DNA of 64,000 nt, taken from IMG/VR virus record IMGVR_UViG_3300016665_000619, positions 1 to 64,000 of that record. One strand, written 5' to 3'. Numbering within the stretch: position 1 is the stretch's first letter; every line of letters begins with the position of its first letter. This DNA comes from a virus. Positions 9,144-18,058 of this stretch are shown here, in pieces. Under the pieces are notes generated by a model. That model was not told where the DNA came from. It made no database searches and saw only the letters and a list, made by a program, of their open reading frames with translations. The position numbers were made by a program, and so were the translations under genes.

Positions 9144-9157
9144 CTATTTAAGTGGGT

Positions 9158-9760
9158 ATGAAACTAACGAATCTAATAAACTTTTTACTTGAAGAAGAAG
9201 ACTATCGTGGTGTTCACCGGGCGCCTGGAAAGACAAATGGGGCGCCGCTTTGGGACGTAACCAAGGACGTGTATCCGGACGATATATATACATTGCCAGT
9301 AGCTACGGCTGCAAGATACTATGGAGCGAGTGAACCTGGAGATATTACGGTAATGAGTATTATCCGGAGTTATCACAACAAGCCTAATAGTAAGATAAAG
9401 ATATATCGTTCTGTTCCAGATATGAAGACGATAGAGGAAGAGATAGCGGAGTTAGAGGGATATCTGAAACAGATGTTAAGAAGGGGCAGAGCACCGAAGG
9501 GCGTAAGTATGTCATTTGACGAGATATATGCCCGTAAGGAGAAGTTGAAGGCAGATTTAGAGCGGGGCGATGTTTCCCGGCCTAGCAAGATAAAGGATAT
9601 AAATCCTGGTGATTGGGTATCTATCTATCGTCCTTATGTAGTAGAGCATGGTGAGGGAGCATTAGGTGGAGAGTATAAAGTTTTAAGTAAGACGGTATAT
9701 GCGAGAGACTTATATACTGATGGTAATAGCATGTATGAATGGGGATGGGATCCAGCATGA
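9158..9760 (+). CDS. putative ADP-ribosyltransferase-like protein with capsid-targeting leader
   Basis: IKIYRSVP...INPGDWVS...YVVEHG...VLSKTV.ARDLY...YEWGW (R-S-E-like order); leader MKLTNLINFLLEE. Confidence 0.5.
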   Translation: MKLTNLINFLLEEEDYRGVHRAPGKTNGAPLWDVTKDVYPDDIYTLPVATAARYYGASEPGDITVMSIIRSYHNKPNSKIKIYRSVPDMKTIEEEIAELEGYLKQMLRRGRAPKGVSMSFDEIYARKEKLKADLERGDVSRPSKIKDINPGDWVSIYRPYVVEHGEGALGGEYKVLSKTVYARDLYTDGNSMYEWGWDPA

Positions 9761-10707
9761 GAAACAATCTGAAAACATTATTGGGATATTTATTGGAAGA
9801 GGAAACGGTTTCCCAGCGTCCGTTTATGTTATCTATAGATAACCTTGTAGCTCACCGTGATAGTCTATTTGATGCATATGAGCACTGTGTATATCGTAAT
9901 AGATGTTCGGAGAGTTCTGGACCTATAGTAGTAGCAGAGATAGAGGATGGGAAGTATCAGTTAATAGATGGCTATCATCGTTTGATAGAGCATTTATTAG
10001 ATCGTGGTGGATTGGTTCCTATTCATGCTATAGTTGGTGGCGAAGGAACTGGAGAGTATGCTATAGCTCGTGGAGTAGATCGTTGGTTAGGCGATGCATC
10101 TATGAGATATGGTAATCTTGAAGATTTAACGGATGAAGAAACGTTAGAAGGTCATGCCAATAAGCGCAAAAATGCAAAAAAGGGCGATTTATTTGAAAAT
10201 GGGGTTGGCGGGGGCGAAGATATCTGGTATCACACCACATCAAGAGAGAATGCGGAGAAGATCCTTCGTGAAGGATTGAGAATAAATCCAAGTGGTAAAG
10301 GAAAGAGCCGTGCTTCATTGCAATGGATGCCAGAAGCGTATGGAGGTATAACGCCGATCTTTATATCTCGTAAGCCTGGAAGATATGTAAATGGCGTTAT
10401 ATTGAAAGTAGACGTTAGTGGATTGGATTTAGTAGCGGACATACCTGGGTTAGTAGACTTTGATGGTCGTTTAACGGATCATAGTATATATTGGGATGAA
10501 GAAGAGACACCGGAGATAATCTGGGATTTGATGGATCCAGAAACTGGTGAGAGTGTTAATGGTGAGTTAGAGTTTGAATGGTTAAGAGAACCTGGGAATG
10601 ATATATCCAGGGCGGCTATAGAGTTAACTGGGACTGCTGCTGTAATGGAAGACATAGAACCATCCCGTATAGAGTTAACGGAGATGATTGTGGAGAAAAA
10701 CACATGA
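9757..10707 (+). CDS. ParB/Srx-like domain fused to ART/Tpt1-like domain, with capsid-targeting leader
   Basis: PIVV...YQLIDGYHRL (ParB-like); WYHTTSRENAEKILREGL...IFIS...VILKVD (NAD-dependent ART/KptA-like); leader MRNNLKTLLGYLLEE. Confidence 0.6.
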   Translation: MRNNLKTLLGYLLEEETVSQRPFMLSIDNLVAHRDSLFDAYEHCVYRNRCSESSGPIVVAEIEDGKYQLIDGYHRLIEHLLDRGGLVPIHAIVGGEGTGEYAIARGVDRWLGDASMRYGNLEDLTDEETLEGHANKRKNAKKGDLFENGVGGGEDIWYHTTSRENAEKILREGLRINPSGKGKSRASLQWMPEAYGGITPIFISRKPGRYVNGVILKVDVSGLDLVADIPGLVDFDGRLTDHSIYWDEEETPEIIWDLMDPETGESVNGELEFEWLREPGNDISRAAIELTGTAAVMEDIEPSRIELTEMIVEKNT

Positions 10708-11453
10708 AACTTAACAAACTTATAGATTATCTTTTTGAGAACATGGATGAATCTGCCTTACGTGGATTTTCTTTGGATATCTTGAAGAAGGAAACGAAGC
10801 GACTAAAAGCAGAAGATGGATATATAGAAGACATATCATATGGATTGTCTCAACTTGCCGAGAAGTATGATCTACCATATATGGGAAGAGGAAGTTCCCG
10901 AGTTGTATATGCTTTGTCTACTGGCAAGGTATTAAAGATATCCAGGGATGAAAGAGGTCTTGCTCAAACAGAGGCAGAAGTATCTGTATGGACCAATCCT
11001 TCTACGAAAGAAGTAGCGGCACAGGTATTTGATTTTGATCCGGATTTTAACTGGTCTGTCATGGAGATAGCAAAGACGTTTAAGGATCCATATAGTAACT
11101 ATAAGGCATCTCTGGAGCAAGAGCTTGGAATACCTACTGCATATGGAGTAACATTTACAATCGGAGATATTGTTAATGAGCTTTTATCTGATCGTTCTGA
11201 TGGTATAGCTACAGAATCAATACAAGATAAGTTGGCAGAGTTGCCCCGTGGACAAGAGATTGTATTACGTAAGCGTCTTGAGAAGTATTTAGAAAATCCG
11301 CATCCATTTGTTGATAAGATAGCGGATTTGGTTCATAATAATGATTTAGATACAGGCGACATAGTATCTGATCATTTTGGTAAGACTGCTGATGGACGTA
11401 TAGTTTTGATAGACTATGGTTTCACGGAAGCCGTGGCAGAAGAATTCTATTGA
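10704..11453 (+). CDS. protein-kinase-like fold protein with capsid-targeting leader
   Basis: MGRGSSRVVY, KVLKI, WSVME, GDIVSDHFG, VLIDYG; leader MKLNKLIDYLFE. Confidence 0.75.
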   Translation: MKLNKLIDYLFENMDESALRGFSLDILKKETKRLKAEDGYIEDISYGLSQLAEKYDLPYMGRGSSRVVYALSTGKVLKISRDERGLAQTEAEVSVWTNPSTKEVAAQVFDFDPDFNWSVMEIAKTFKDPYSNYKASLEQELGIPTAYGVTFTIGDIVNELLSDRSDGIATESIQDKLAELPRGQEIVLRKRLEKYLENPHPFVDKIADLVHNNDLDTGDIVSDHFGKTADGRIVLIDYGFTEAVAEEFY

Positions 11454-11467
11454 AAATATTTAAAGCT

Positions 11468-12316
11468 ATGAAACTCAAGAACTTATTAAACTATTTGTTA
11501 GAGAATGTAGATGAAGGTGCGCTTCGTGGTTTCTCATTGGATATTCTTAAGAAGAAGATGCCAGAGTTTGAGAAGTATGGATATCCGGAAAGCATTGGAC
11601 GCCAAATAAGAAACCTGGTTGATGGACAATACAAGCTTCCATATATGGGAGTTGGCAGTTCCCGCATTGTGTATGCATTATCTACCGGTAAAGTATTGAA
11701 GATAGCATTGAATGATAAGGGTGTTGCCCAGAATCAAGCCGAGCATGAGGTATCCAGAGATCCATCATTAAAATATATTGGCGCTCGAGTATATGAGACA
11801 GATCCAAACTATTATTGGTCTGTAATGGAAGTAGCAAAGATATATGAGAGTAGCACGGATCTCAAGTTAGATTTAGGAATACCAAAGAATTTATCTGAAC
11901 GTTGGAATTATGAAATACGTAAAGCAATAGAAGATTTAAGATCAATCTATAATCTGGGATATAATGTTGAAGACGTTATAGAAAGAAGATATGATAGTGA
12001 TGATCTTGGAGATGGTGATCCAGATTTTGATGAAGACAAGGAAGCTTTTAGAAAGTTTTTAGAGAATCCGCCAAAGGGATTGTTAGCTCTTGTAGATTTA
12101 ACAGATACGGGTCTTGGTGGACATTCATTAGAAATGGGCGATATAGTTACGGATCACTTTGGTAAGACAGCAGATGGTCGTCCTGTATTGATAGATTATG
12201 GATTTACTACAGGAGTAGCTGAAGGTTATTATCGTAGTGATAGTAACTCATATGGTTCCCCGCCGCCTTCATCTATAATGAGTCAAGATGAAGAAGAAGA
12301 TGTGCTTTTTGTGTGA
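11468..12316 (+). CDS. protein-kinase-like fold protein (close paralog of 10704..11453)
   Basis: MGVGSSRIVY, KVLKI, GDIVTDHFG, VLIDYG; leader MKLKNLLNYLLE. Confidence 0.75.
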   Translation: MKLKNLLNYLLENVDEGALRGFSLDILKKKMPEFEKYGYPESIGRQIRNLVDGQYKLPYMGVGSSRIVYALSTGKVLKIALNDKGVAQNQAEHEVSRDPSLKYIGARVYETDPNYYWSVMEVAKIYESSTDLKLDLGIPKNLSERWNYEIRKAIEDLRSIYNLGYNVEDVIERRYDSDDLGDGDPDFDEDKEAFRKFLENPPKGLLALVDLTDTGLGGHSLEMGDIVTDHFGKTADGRPVLIDYGFTTGVAEGYYRSDSNSYGSPPPSSIMSQDEEEDVLFV

Positions 12317-12405
12317 TGCCTATAGAGATAGCATTATATTATGCAGCGATTGGATTGAGTTTATTTGGTTGGTTATTTTTTTGGATTACAGACGAAACTA
12401 ACTGA
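12316..12405 (+). CDS. possible 29-aa membrane peptide
   Basis: TGATG coupling; MPIEIALYYAAIGLSLFGWLFFWITDETN*. Confidence 0.35.
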   Translation: MPIEIALYYAAIGLSLFGWLFFWITDETN

Positions 12406-12432
12406 ACTATAATAGTGTATAGAGGTAATAAC

Positions 12433-13020
12433 ATGAATAAAGGAACCATAGTTCAAATCGTATTGTTTTCGATATTGTTAGTTGGTGCTGTAGTAGGAAT
12501 AATATACGGAGCAACCAATCATTCAGAAGCTGGAATGATGAACATATGTTGGAGTAGAGGTGGCATAGCCGACTATTCTTGCACCGAGGGTGGTGAACCA
12601 GTTCGTTGGAATCATTCTCCTTTAATGGTTGGAGCAGACGGAGAAGAGTCTGCTGTTCGTTCAGCCGTAAGTTTGATTAATGGTCAAGTTGGTTGTGAGG
12701 TATTGGTATATGCTCCAACTGGCGGGATTGATATTAATATAAGAACCGAAGGTGCTCTTGGTGGTGGTAATGAGCGTGGTGGTTCAACAAGCCATATAAG
12801 AGACATTAATGGCAACATGAGAGCCAATATAGAGTTATATGCACCTGGTTCAATATTGAGAAGAGTATTGGTTCATGAGTTAGGTCATGCACTTGGATTA
12901 GCACATGATGATTACAGAAGTTCTATTATGTATCCGACTCAAGAAGGCGTAACAAATATGGATATGATACAATTCAGCGAGAGTGATCGTGCGTTATTGC
13001 GTGATAGTTATTGTCGCTGA
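12433..13020 (+). CDS. membrane-anchored matrixin-like (M10) zinc metalloprotease
   Basis: N-terminal TM helix; HELGHALGLAH zinc motif; SIMYP Met-turn; AGAGG RBS. Confidence 0.85.
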   Translation: MNKGTIVQIVLFSILLVGAVVGIIYGATNHSEAGMMNICWSRGGIADYSCTEGGEPVRWNHSPLMVGADGEESAVRSAVSLINGQVGCEVLVYAPTGGIDINIRTEGALGGGNERGGSTSHIRDINGNMRANIELYAPGSILRRVLVHELGHALGLAHDDYRSSIMYPTQEGVTNMDMIQFSESDRALLRDSYCR

Positions 13021-13031
13021 TATTTAAGTTC

Positions 13032-15896
13032 ATGGCATATCCATTAAAAAGACATACAAAAACAAGTTATAATGCATCTGGTTTCGTTTCTTATCAAAAT
13101 ATAGAAATGGATAAGATGTATTATATGCCAGTTATAACTGACGAGGCTAATAACTACTGGACAATTAACATATTCAATCCTGTCAATAATACTGTCGTAT
13201 TATCATTAAGTGACTGCGAGATAAGAGCAGGATATAGACTATTAATAACGGAATTAATTGTTGATAGTGTTAGCAAGTATCACATACACGTATTCAATCC
13301 TGAAAACGTCTTGATATTAGATTTAGACGTTGATTCCGATGAATACGCATTAGAAAGTTTGAAATTTGTTAATTCTGCTTATATCCGTCCAGTAGCAGCT
13401 CCAGCTAAACCAAGTGCTTTAACTGCTGTTGTTATTAGCAAGAATGAAATATTGTTAAGCTGGAATGATAATTCAAATAACGAAGCTTCTTTCGTTATTC
13501 AAAGAAGTTTGAATGGAACTTTGTGGTCAGAAGTAGCTAGCGTTAATGAAAATGTTACTAGTTATTCGGATACTGGTTTAAGTCCAGCGACCTCTTATCA
13601 GTATAGAGTTGTTGCCAGAAACTCATATGGAGATTCTTCTCCGACAACAAAATATATAGCAACCACATTACCAAAGATTCCTACTGGTCCATCTAATTTG
13701 ATTATCAAAAACGTATCTCAAACTGAAGTTGAATTCAATTGGCTTGATAATTCTGATAATGAAGATGGATATGTAGTTCAAAGAAGTTTGGATGCGACTA
13801 ACTGGACAACTGTTGCAACATTAGCAACTCCAAACGTCGAAACATATACTGATACAGGGTTAAGTGCTGGAACAAAATATTACTATAGAGTGTATGCATA
13901 TAATACAGGCGGCAATTCTGAATCAATTACTGAAAGCGTTACAACATTACGTAATGCGCCTGTTGCTCCAAGTGGATTGAACTCAATAGTTTCTGGTTTG
14001 GATATAACATTAAGTTGGTCAGACAATTCTGGAACTGAAAATGGATTTAAGATTGAACGTTCTCTGTATGGAAGTAAAGTATTCCAGCAGATAGCGACCG
14101 TAAATTCTGACGTTAGTTTATATACAGATACCAACTTGTCATCTGCAACTCAATATGAATATCGTATCAGAGCTTATAATGAAATAGGCAATTCTGCATA
14201 TTCAAATACGATATCTGCAACTACAATGGCTACTCCTAATGCTCCTACGAATTTGGTAGGCACAGCTATAACAGAATCACGCATTGATATAAATTGGGAC
14301 GACAATTCTCTAGACGAAACTATATTCAAAGTTGAGAGAAGTGATGATTCTGGAGCAACATGGACACAAATTGCTACAACGTTAGCAGATGAAGCTTCAT
14401 ATAAAGATTATAGCGTAACTACAGGAATAACATATTCTTATCGTGTTAGAGCTTATAATGCAGTTGGCAATTCTGCATATTCAAATATAATATCATTATC
14501 GCCACTTTCAGTTCCATTGGCGCCAAGTAACTTGGCAGCTAATACTGTTTCTGATACTTCTATTTCCATATCTTGGACAGATAATTCAGACAATGAAGTT
14601 GGATTCAAGTTACAGAGAAGTTTGGACGGTATTAGCTCTTGGAACAATGTATATACAGCTTTAGAAGGCGAGACAAATTATACAGATACTGGATTGACAC
14701 ATTCTACCACATATCACTATAGAATATTTGCGTATAATGACATTGGGGAATCAAGTTACAGCGATACAGCAGAAGCAACCACTAATCTACAAACTCCTAC
14801 CAATCTTGAAGGAACAGTTTCTGGTCTTAACATTGGATTGACTTGGAATTACGATTTAAGCAGTCAAAATGGATTTAAGATTGAAAGAAGCTTGTATGGT
14901 AGTAAAGTTTGGTCTGAAATTGCAACCGTTGCAGCACAAACCACATCATATGATGATGAAAACTTAGGTTCTGGCACAAGATACGAATATCGTATAAGGG
15001 CATATAATATAAACGGTCAATCAAGTTATAGTAACATTATAGATGTTACAACAATGGTTGCTCCTTCAGCACCATCTGAATTCATTGGTTTTGAGGATTC
15101 TCAAAACGGATACATTGAGTTTATGTGGTCCGACCTATTGGATGAAACCGGTTATATCTTGGAAAGAAGCGATAATGGTGGTAACACGTGGTCAGTATTA
15201 GCAAATATAGCTGCTGATGAAATTAACTACAAAGATTATACGGCAGCACCAGGAGTTTCTTATTCTTATAGAATTAAGGGATATAATGCAGTTGGAGATG
15301 GAGAATATTCATCGGTATTGAATTTGAGTTTGCCAGGAGTTCCAGATGCTCCAAGTAATCTAGTTGCTACAGTTGCAGGTTCAGCTCAGATTAATCTAAC
15401 ATGGACAGACAACTCTGACGATGAAGTTGGATTTAAACTTCAAAGAACTACAGATCCAAGCAATTCATCATCATGGGGAACAATATATACTGCTCAAGCA
15501 GGAGAGACAAGTTATAGTGACACCGGTCTTAATGGCTCTACATCATATTACTATAGAGTATTTGCATATAATAACATTGGAAATTCAAGTTATAGTAATG
15601 AATCAGATGCTAAAACATATCTAAGTGCTCCAATTAACGTTGCGGCTACAAGTCCAAATAATACGTATATTTTAGTTACATGGGAAAATGCGGCAGCATC
15701 AACAACAGGATTCAAAGTTGAGAGATATGCTTCCAATACAAAGGTTTGGGTAGAAGTTGCAAATTTTGGAGCAAACAAATTTGAATATGAAGATAGTGAT
15801 GTTGTCTTGGGAAGAACTTATTCTTATCGTGTAAGAGCATACGATGCTGATAGCACATCTGACTATTCTGCGACAGTTATACAGTCTATCACTTAA
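13032..15896 (+). CDS. fibronectin type III repeat protein (~9 FN3 domains), likely virion surface
   Basis: Repeated P.APS.L...I.L.W.DNS.NE.GF.I.RS...W...Y.DTGL...Y.YRV.AYN..G.S.YS units. Confidence 0.9.
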   Translation: MAYPLKRHTKTSYNASGFVSYQNIEMDKMYYMPVITDEANNYWTINIFNPVNNTVVLSLSDCEIRAGYRLLITELIVDSVSKYHIHVFNPENVLILDLDVDSDEYALESLKFVNSAYIRPVAAPAKPSALTAVVISKNEILLSWNDNSNNEASFVIQRSLNGTLWSEVASVNENVTSYSDTGLSPATSYQYRVVARNSYGDSSPTTKYIATTLPKIPTGPSNLIIKNVSQTEVEFNWLDNSDNEDGYVVQRSLDATNWTTVATLATPNVETYTDTGLSAGTKYYYRVYAYNTGGNSESITESVTTLRNAPVAPSGLNSIVSGLDITLSWSDNSGTENGFKIERSLYGSKVFQQIATVNSDVSLYTDTNLSSATQYEYRIRAYNEIGNSAYSNTISATTMATPNAPTNLVGTAITESRIDINWDDNSLDETIFKVERSDDSGATWTQIATTLADEASYKDYSVTTGITYSYRVRAYNAVGNSAYSNIISLSPLSVPLAPSNLAANTVSDTSISISWTDNSDNEVGFKLQRSLDGISSWNNVYTALEGETNYTDTGLTHSTTYHYRIFAYNDIGESSYSDTAEATTNLQTPTNLEGTVSGLNIGLTWNYDLSSQNGFKIERSLYGSKVWSEIATVAAQTTSYDDENLGSGTRYEYRIRAYNINGQSSYSNIIDVTTMVAPSAPSEFIGFEDSQNGYIEFMWSDLLDETGYILERSDNGGNTWSVLANIAADEINYKDYTAAPGVSYSYRIKGYNAVGDGEYSSVLNLSLPGVPDAPSNLVATVAGSAQINLTWTDNSDDEVGFKLQRTTDPSNSSSWGTIYTAQAGETSYSDTGLNGSTSYYYRVFAYNNIGNSSYSNESDAKTYLSAPINVAATSPNNTYILVTWENAAASTTGFKVERYASNTKVWVEVANFGANKFEYEDSDVVLGRTYSYRVRAYDADSTSDYSATVIQSIT

Positions 15897-15929
15897 TCTT
15901 TATCTTAATGGAATAGATTAGGAGAGTTT

Positions 15930-16235
15930 ATGTTAACTGGAAAAATGGCATCTGGTGTTGAAAGGGTGTTTCGTCCTGTGCGTGTAAATGGATATGTTGG
16001 CAATCAACTATATCAAGAAGTGTTCATGCATTATTTGCATTTTTTGAATGAAGATGGGACGGTTCGCAAAAGCAAGCTTGATAGAATGGAGAATGGTAAA
16101 ATCTGGATGGAAAGCACCGGTCAGAGGTCTTTATATGGAGAATGTGAATATACATTTCCTGATGGAACAAAAAAGCGCCTGATCCTTTTGGGAACAGACG
16201 CTCGTGGTAATCCAATGATTCCAGGTGTTATGTGA
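15930..16235 (+). CDS. hypothetical protein
   Basis: AGGAGAG RBS before the ATG. Confidence 0.6.
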   Translation: MLTGKMASGVERVFRPVRVNGYVGNQLYQEVFMHYLHFLNEDGTVRKSKLDRMENGKIWMESTGQRSLYGECEYTFPDGTKKRLILLGTDARGNPMIPGVM

Positions 16236-16237
16236 TA

Positions 16238-16567
16238 TCAATCTTTACCTGGTAGAATAAGCGAAGGAGTGTTAGAACGTTCTAGTGTTGGAGATACTGG
16301 GACGTTTTTTCTATTTTCTCCAATGGCTTTAACAATTGATTTCATTGCTTTGTTATCTTCCAGTTCAAGAGATAGGAGATAGATGATATAAAGCATTTGA
16401 CGTTGGGATACGCCAAACTTACGTATTTCCATAACGATATCTCTACAGTCTTTACGTTTACTAACTGGTAGTTCAAGTTCGATATTAGGCTGAATATATT
16501 CTTCGCCTTCTTGTGCTTCTTCTGTTAGGAGACTATCCCATTCACCAGTTTTATTTTCCTCTGTCAT
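16238..16567 (-). CDS. hypothetical protein
   Basis: ATGA-coupled to the upstream gene. Confidence 0.75.
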   Translation of the reverse strand: MTEENKTGEWDSLLTEEAQEGEEYIQPNIELELPVSKRKDCRDIVMEIRKFGVSQRQMLYIIYLLSLELEDNKAMKSIVKAIGENRKNVPVSPTLERSNTPSLILPGKD

Positions 16568-17034
16568 ATCATTCCTTCTTCTCTTTCAAATGATTTAATA
16601 TCATAAATGGTTTCACCAAGAATGACAATATATTTTCCTATAATGGTTGTTCCTTCTCGTTCTTGAGAAAGATTGAATCCCCTGCCCCATAGACCATTAG
16701 CTATAATGAACTGAGCTTCCTGCCAGTATGGCAGGTCACATTGATTTTGTTCTAATATAGAGGCTAATCTGGGAGGTAAGGATGATTTAATATCATCTAT
16801 GGTTAATAGAGCATTCATATTCTCTTTACGGAGAACGATGCTTTTGCTTATTTCATTTATCTTATGAATAACGCCGCAGTTATTGCATTGAGCATATGAT
16901 GGAACGACTGAACCATCTGCCGTATTAATTTCTGAGAATACTAAGAACTTATGAAAGACAGGTGGTTCTACGTTCTTATATTGAGGAAGAACGCATTTAC
17001 ATTCAAGGAGATGTTTTACATAATCTTTGGTCAT
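16564..17034 (-). CDS. hypothetical zinc-ribbon protein
   Basis: ECKC...QCNNCG pairs. Confidence 0.75.
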   Translation of the reverse strand: MTKDYVKHLLECKCVLPQYKNVEPPVFHKFLVFSEINTADGSVVPSYAQCNNCGVIHKINEISKSIVLRKENMNALLTIDDIKSSLPPRLASILEQNQCDLPYWQEAQFIIANGLWGRGFNLSQEREGTTIIGKYIVILGETIYDIKSFEREEGMI

Positions 17035-17476
17035 AGGAAGAATTGGATTATATAAAAGGCTATGGAAGAAATGGTAGTAGTAGCGCCAAAATATTTAGCG
17101 GCACGTTTCCATTTCTCCCGTTTTTTTTGCTGTTGATATTCCTCGAGTTCGGTCAGCCTACCGTCCGAGCTCTCTTGGATTTTCCCGGCGTTCTGTCTTT
17201 CCCTGTAGAGAGCCCAGCATCCAAAGGGTTTTCTTGATCCGTAAGTTCTGTAAGATCCTTATCAAGTTTACCCATGTATCGATCTATAGAAGTCATAAAT
17301 CCATTATCGATTGCAGTTCGGAATATATCAAGAACCACAGTAAGTTGCTCTCTATCAATTTCCGGATGCTTCTTGCGAACCGTAAGAACCGTAAAATCTA
17401 CGGCTGATTCTTTAATTTCATTAAGAAGTCCGTGAATATTTTTTTCAATAGCTGTTTCTAAACGTTTGCGATCCAT
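17031..17476 (-). CDS. putative -1 frameshift product (~148 aa) with C-terminal membrane anchor
   Basis: In-phase slippery A_AAC_CCU / C_CCU_UUG at 17231-17222, 11-bp downstream stem, start-less -1 frame open to a TGA overlapping the next ATG. Confidence 0.65.
17153..17476 (-). CDS. hypothetical protein (0-frame product of a candidate -1 frameshift gene)
   Basis: GAGGAG RBS; 107 aa. Confidence 0.8.
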   Translation of the reverse strand: MDRKRLETAIEKNIHGLLNEIKESAVDFTVLTVRKKHPEIDREQLTVVLDIFRTAIDNGFMTSIDRYMGKLDKDLTELTDQENPLDAGLSTGKDRTPGKSKRARTVG

Positions 17477-17485
17477 ATTGTCTCC

Positions 17486-18058
17486 TCAAATTGTTTCTTT
17501 AACCCTAAGTTTTCTTTTTGTATGTCTATCTGCAATACAGTTAGCAGCATACGATTCGGGTTTTAAAACACAATCATAACCAGAGGATATTACATAACCT
17601 TTAAGTTGTTCGGAAAATGAGGAAGTATATTCTTTTTTAATAGGCGCAGAGGCATCAACATGACAGACTGGTTTTATTCCAGTTTGTTCCATGATCATAT
17701 TGGCAACTTCTATAGTTCTACTTACTTCTTCAAACATTCTCATTTTTTGGTTTGAATCGCCGTAAGAATGGCGTCGAACATATTCTGATTTATAGTAATA
17801 TGTTCCGCCCTTACCACGCTCCCAAAGGGCTACTACAGTAATATAGAAGAGATATTTACCACGATGTTGACTATCTGTGCCTACAGCTATTTCGCATTCT
17901 TTGTTATAGCGTAGCCTCGCAATATGTTCTAAGACCTGAGAGGTTTCAAAACGATGCTTGGCACCGGGGCATTTCCAGAGAGAACTGTAGGTATTGTTTA
18001 TGTCTACTTCTTCTTCAAGATCGTTAACTGTTTCTTTTAATGCTGGAGACATAATCAC
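17486..18058 (-). CDS. RNase H-like YkuK (DUF458) family protein
   Basis: IAVGTDSQ, RMFEEV..T, HVD, KP.SYAA..IADRH. Confidence 0.85.
   Translation of the reverse strand: MIMSPALKETVNDLEEEVDINNTYSSLWKCPGAKHRFETSQVLEHIARLRYNKECEIAVGTDSQHRGKYLFYITVVALWERGKGGTYYYKSEYVRRHSYGDSNQKMRMFEEVSRTIEVANMIMEQTGIKPVCHVDASAPIKKEYTSSFSEQLKGYVISSGYDCVLKPESYAANCIADRHTKRKLRVKETI

Noticed and set aside
8970-9192. Short ORFs within the origin-like region
   Set aside because: Translations simply reflect the A/T-tract repeats; no RBS
17043-17237. Plus-strand 64-aa ORF, or a riboswitch in the apparent intergenic gap
   Set aside because: Better explained by the minus-strand -1 frame, which ends in an ATGA overlap; no riboswitch consensus recognised
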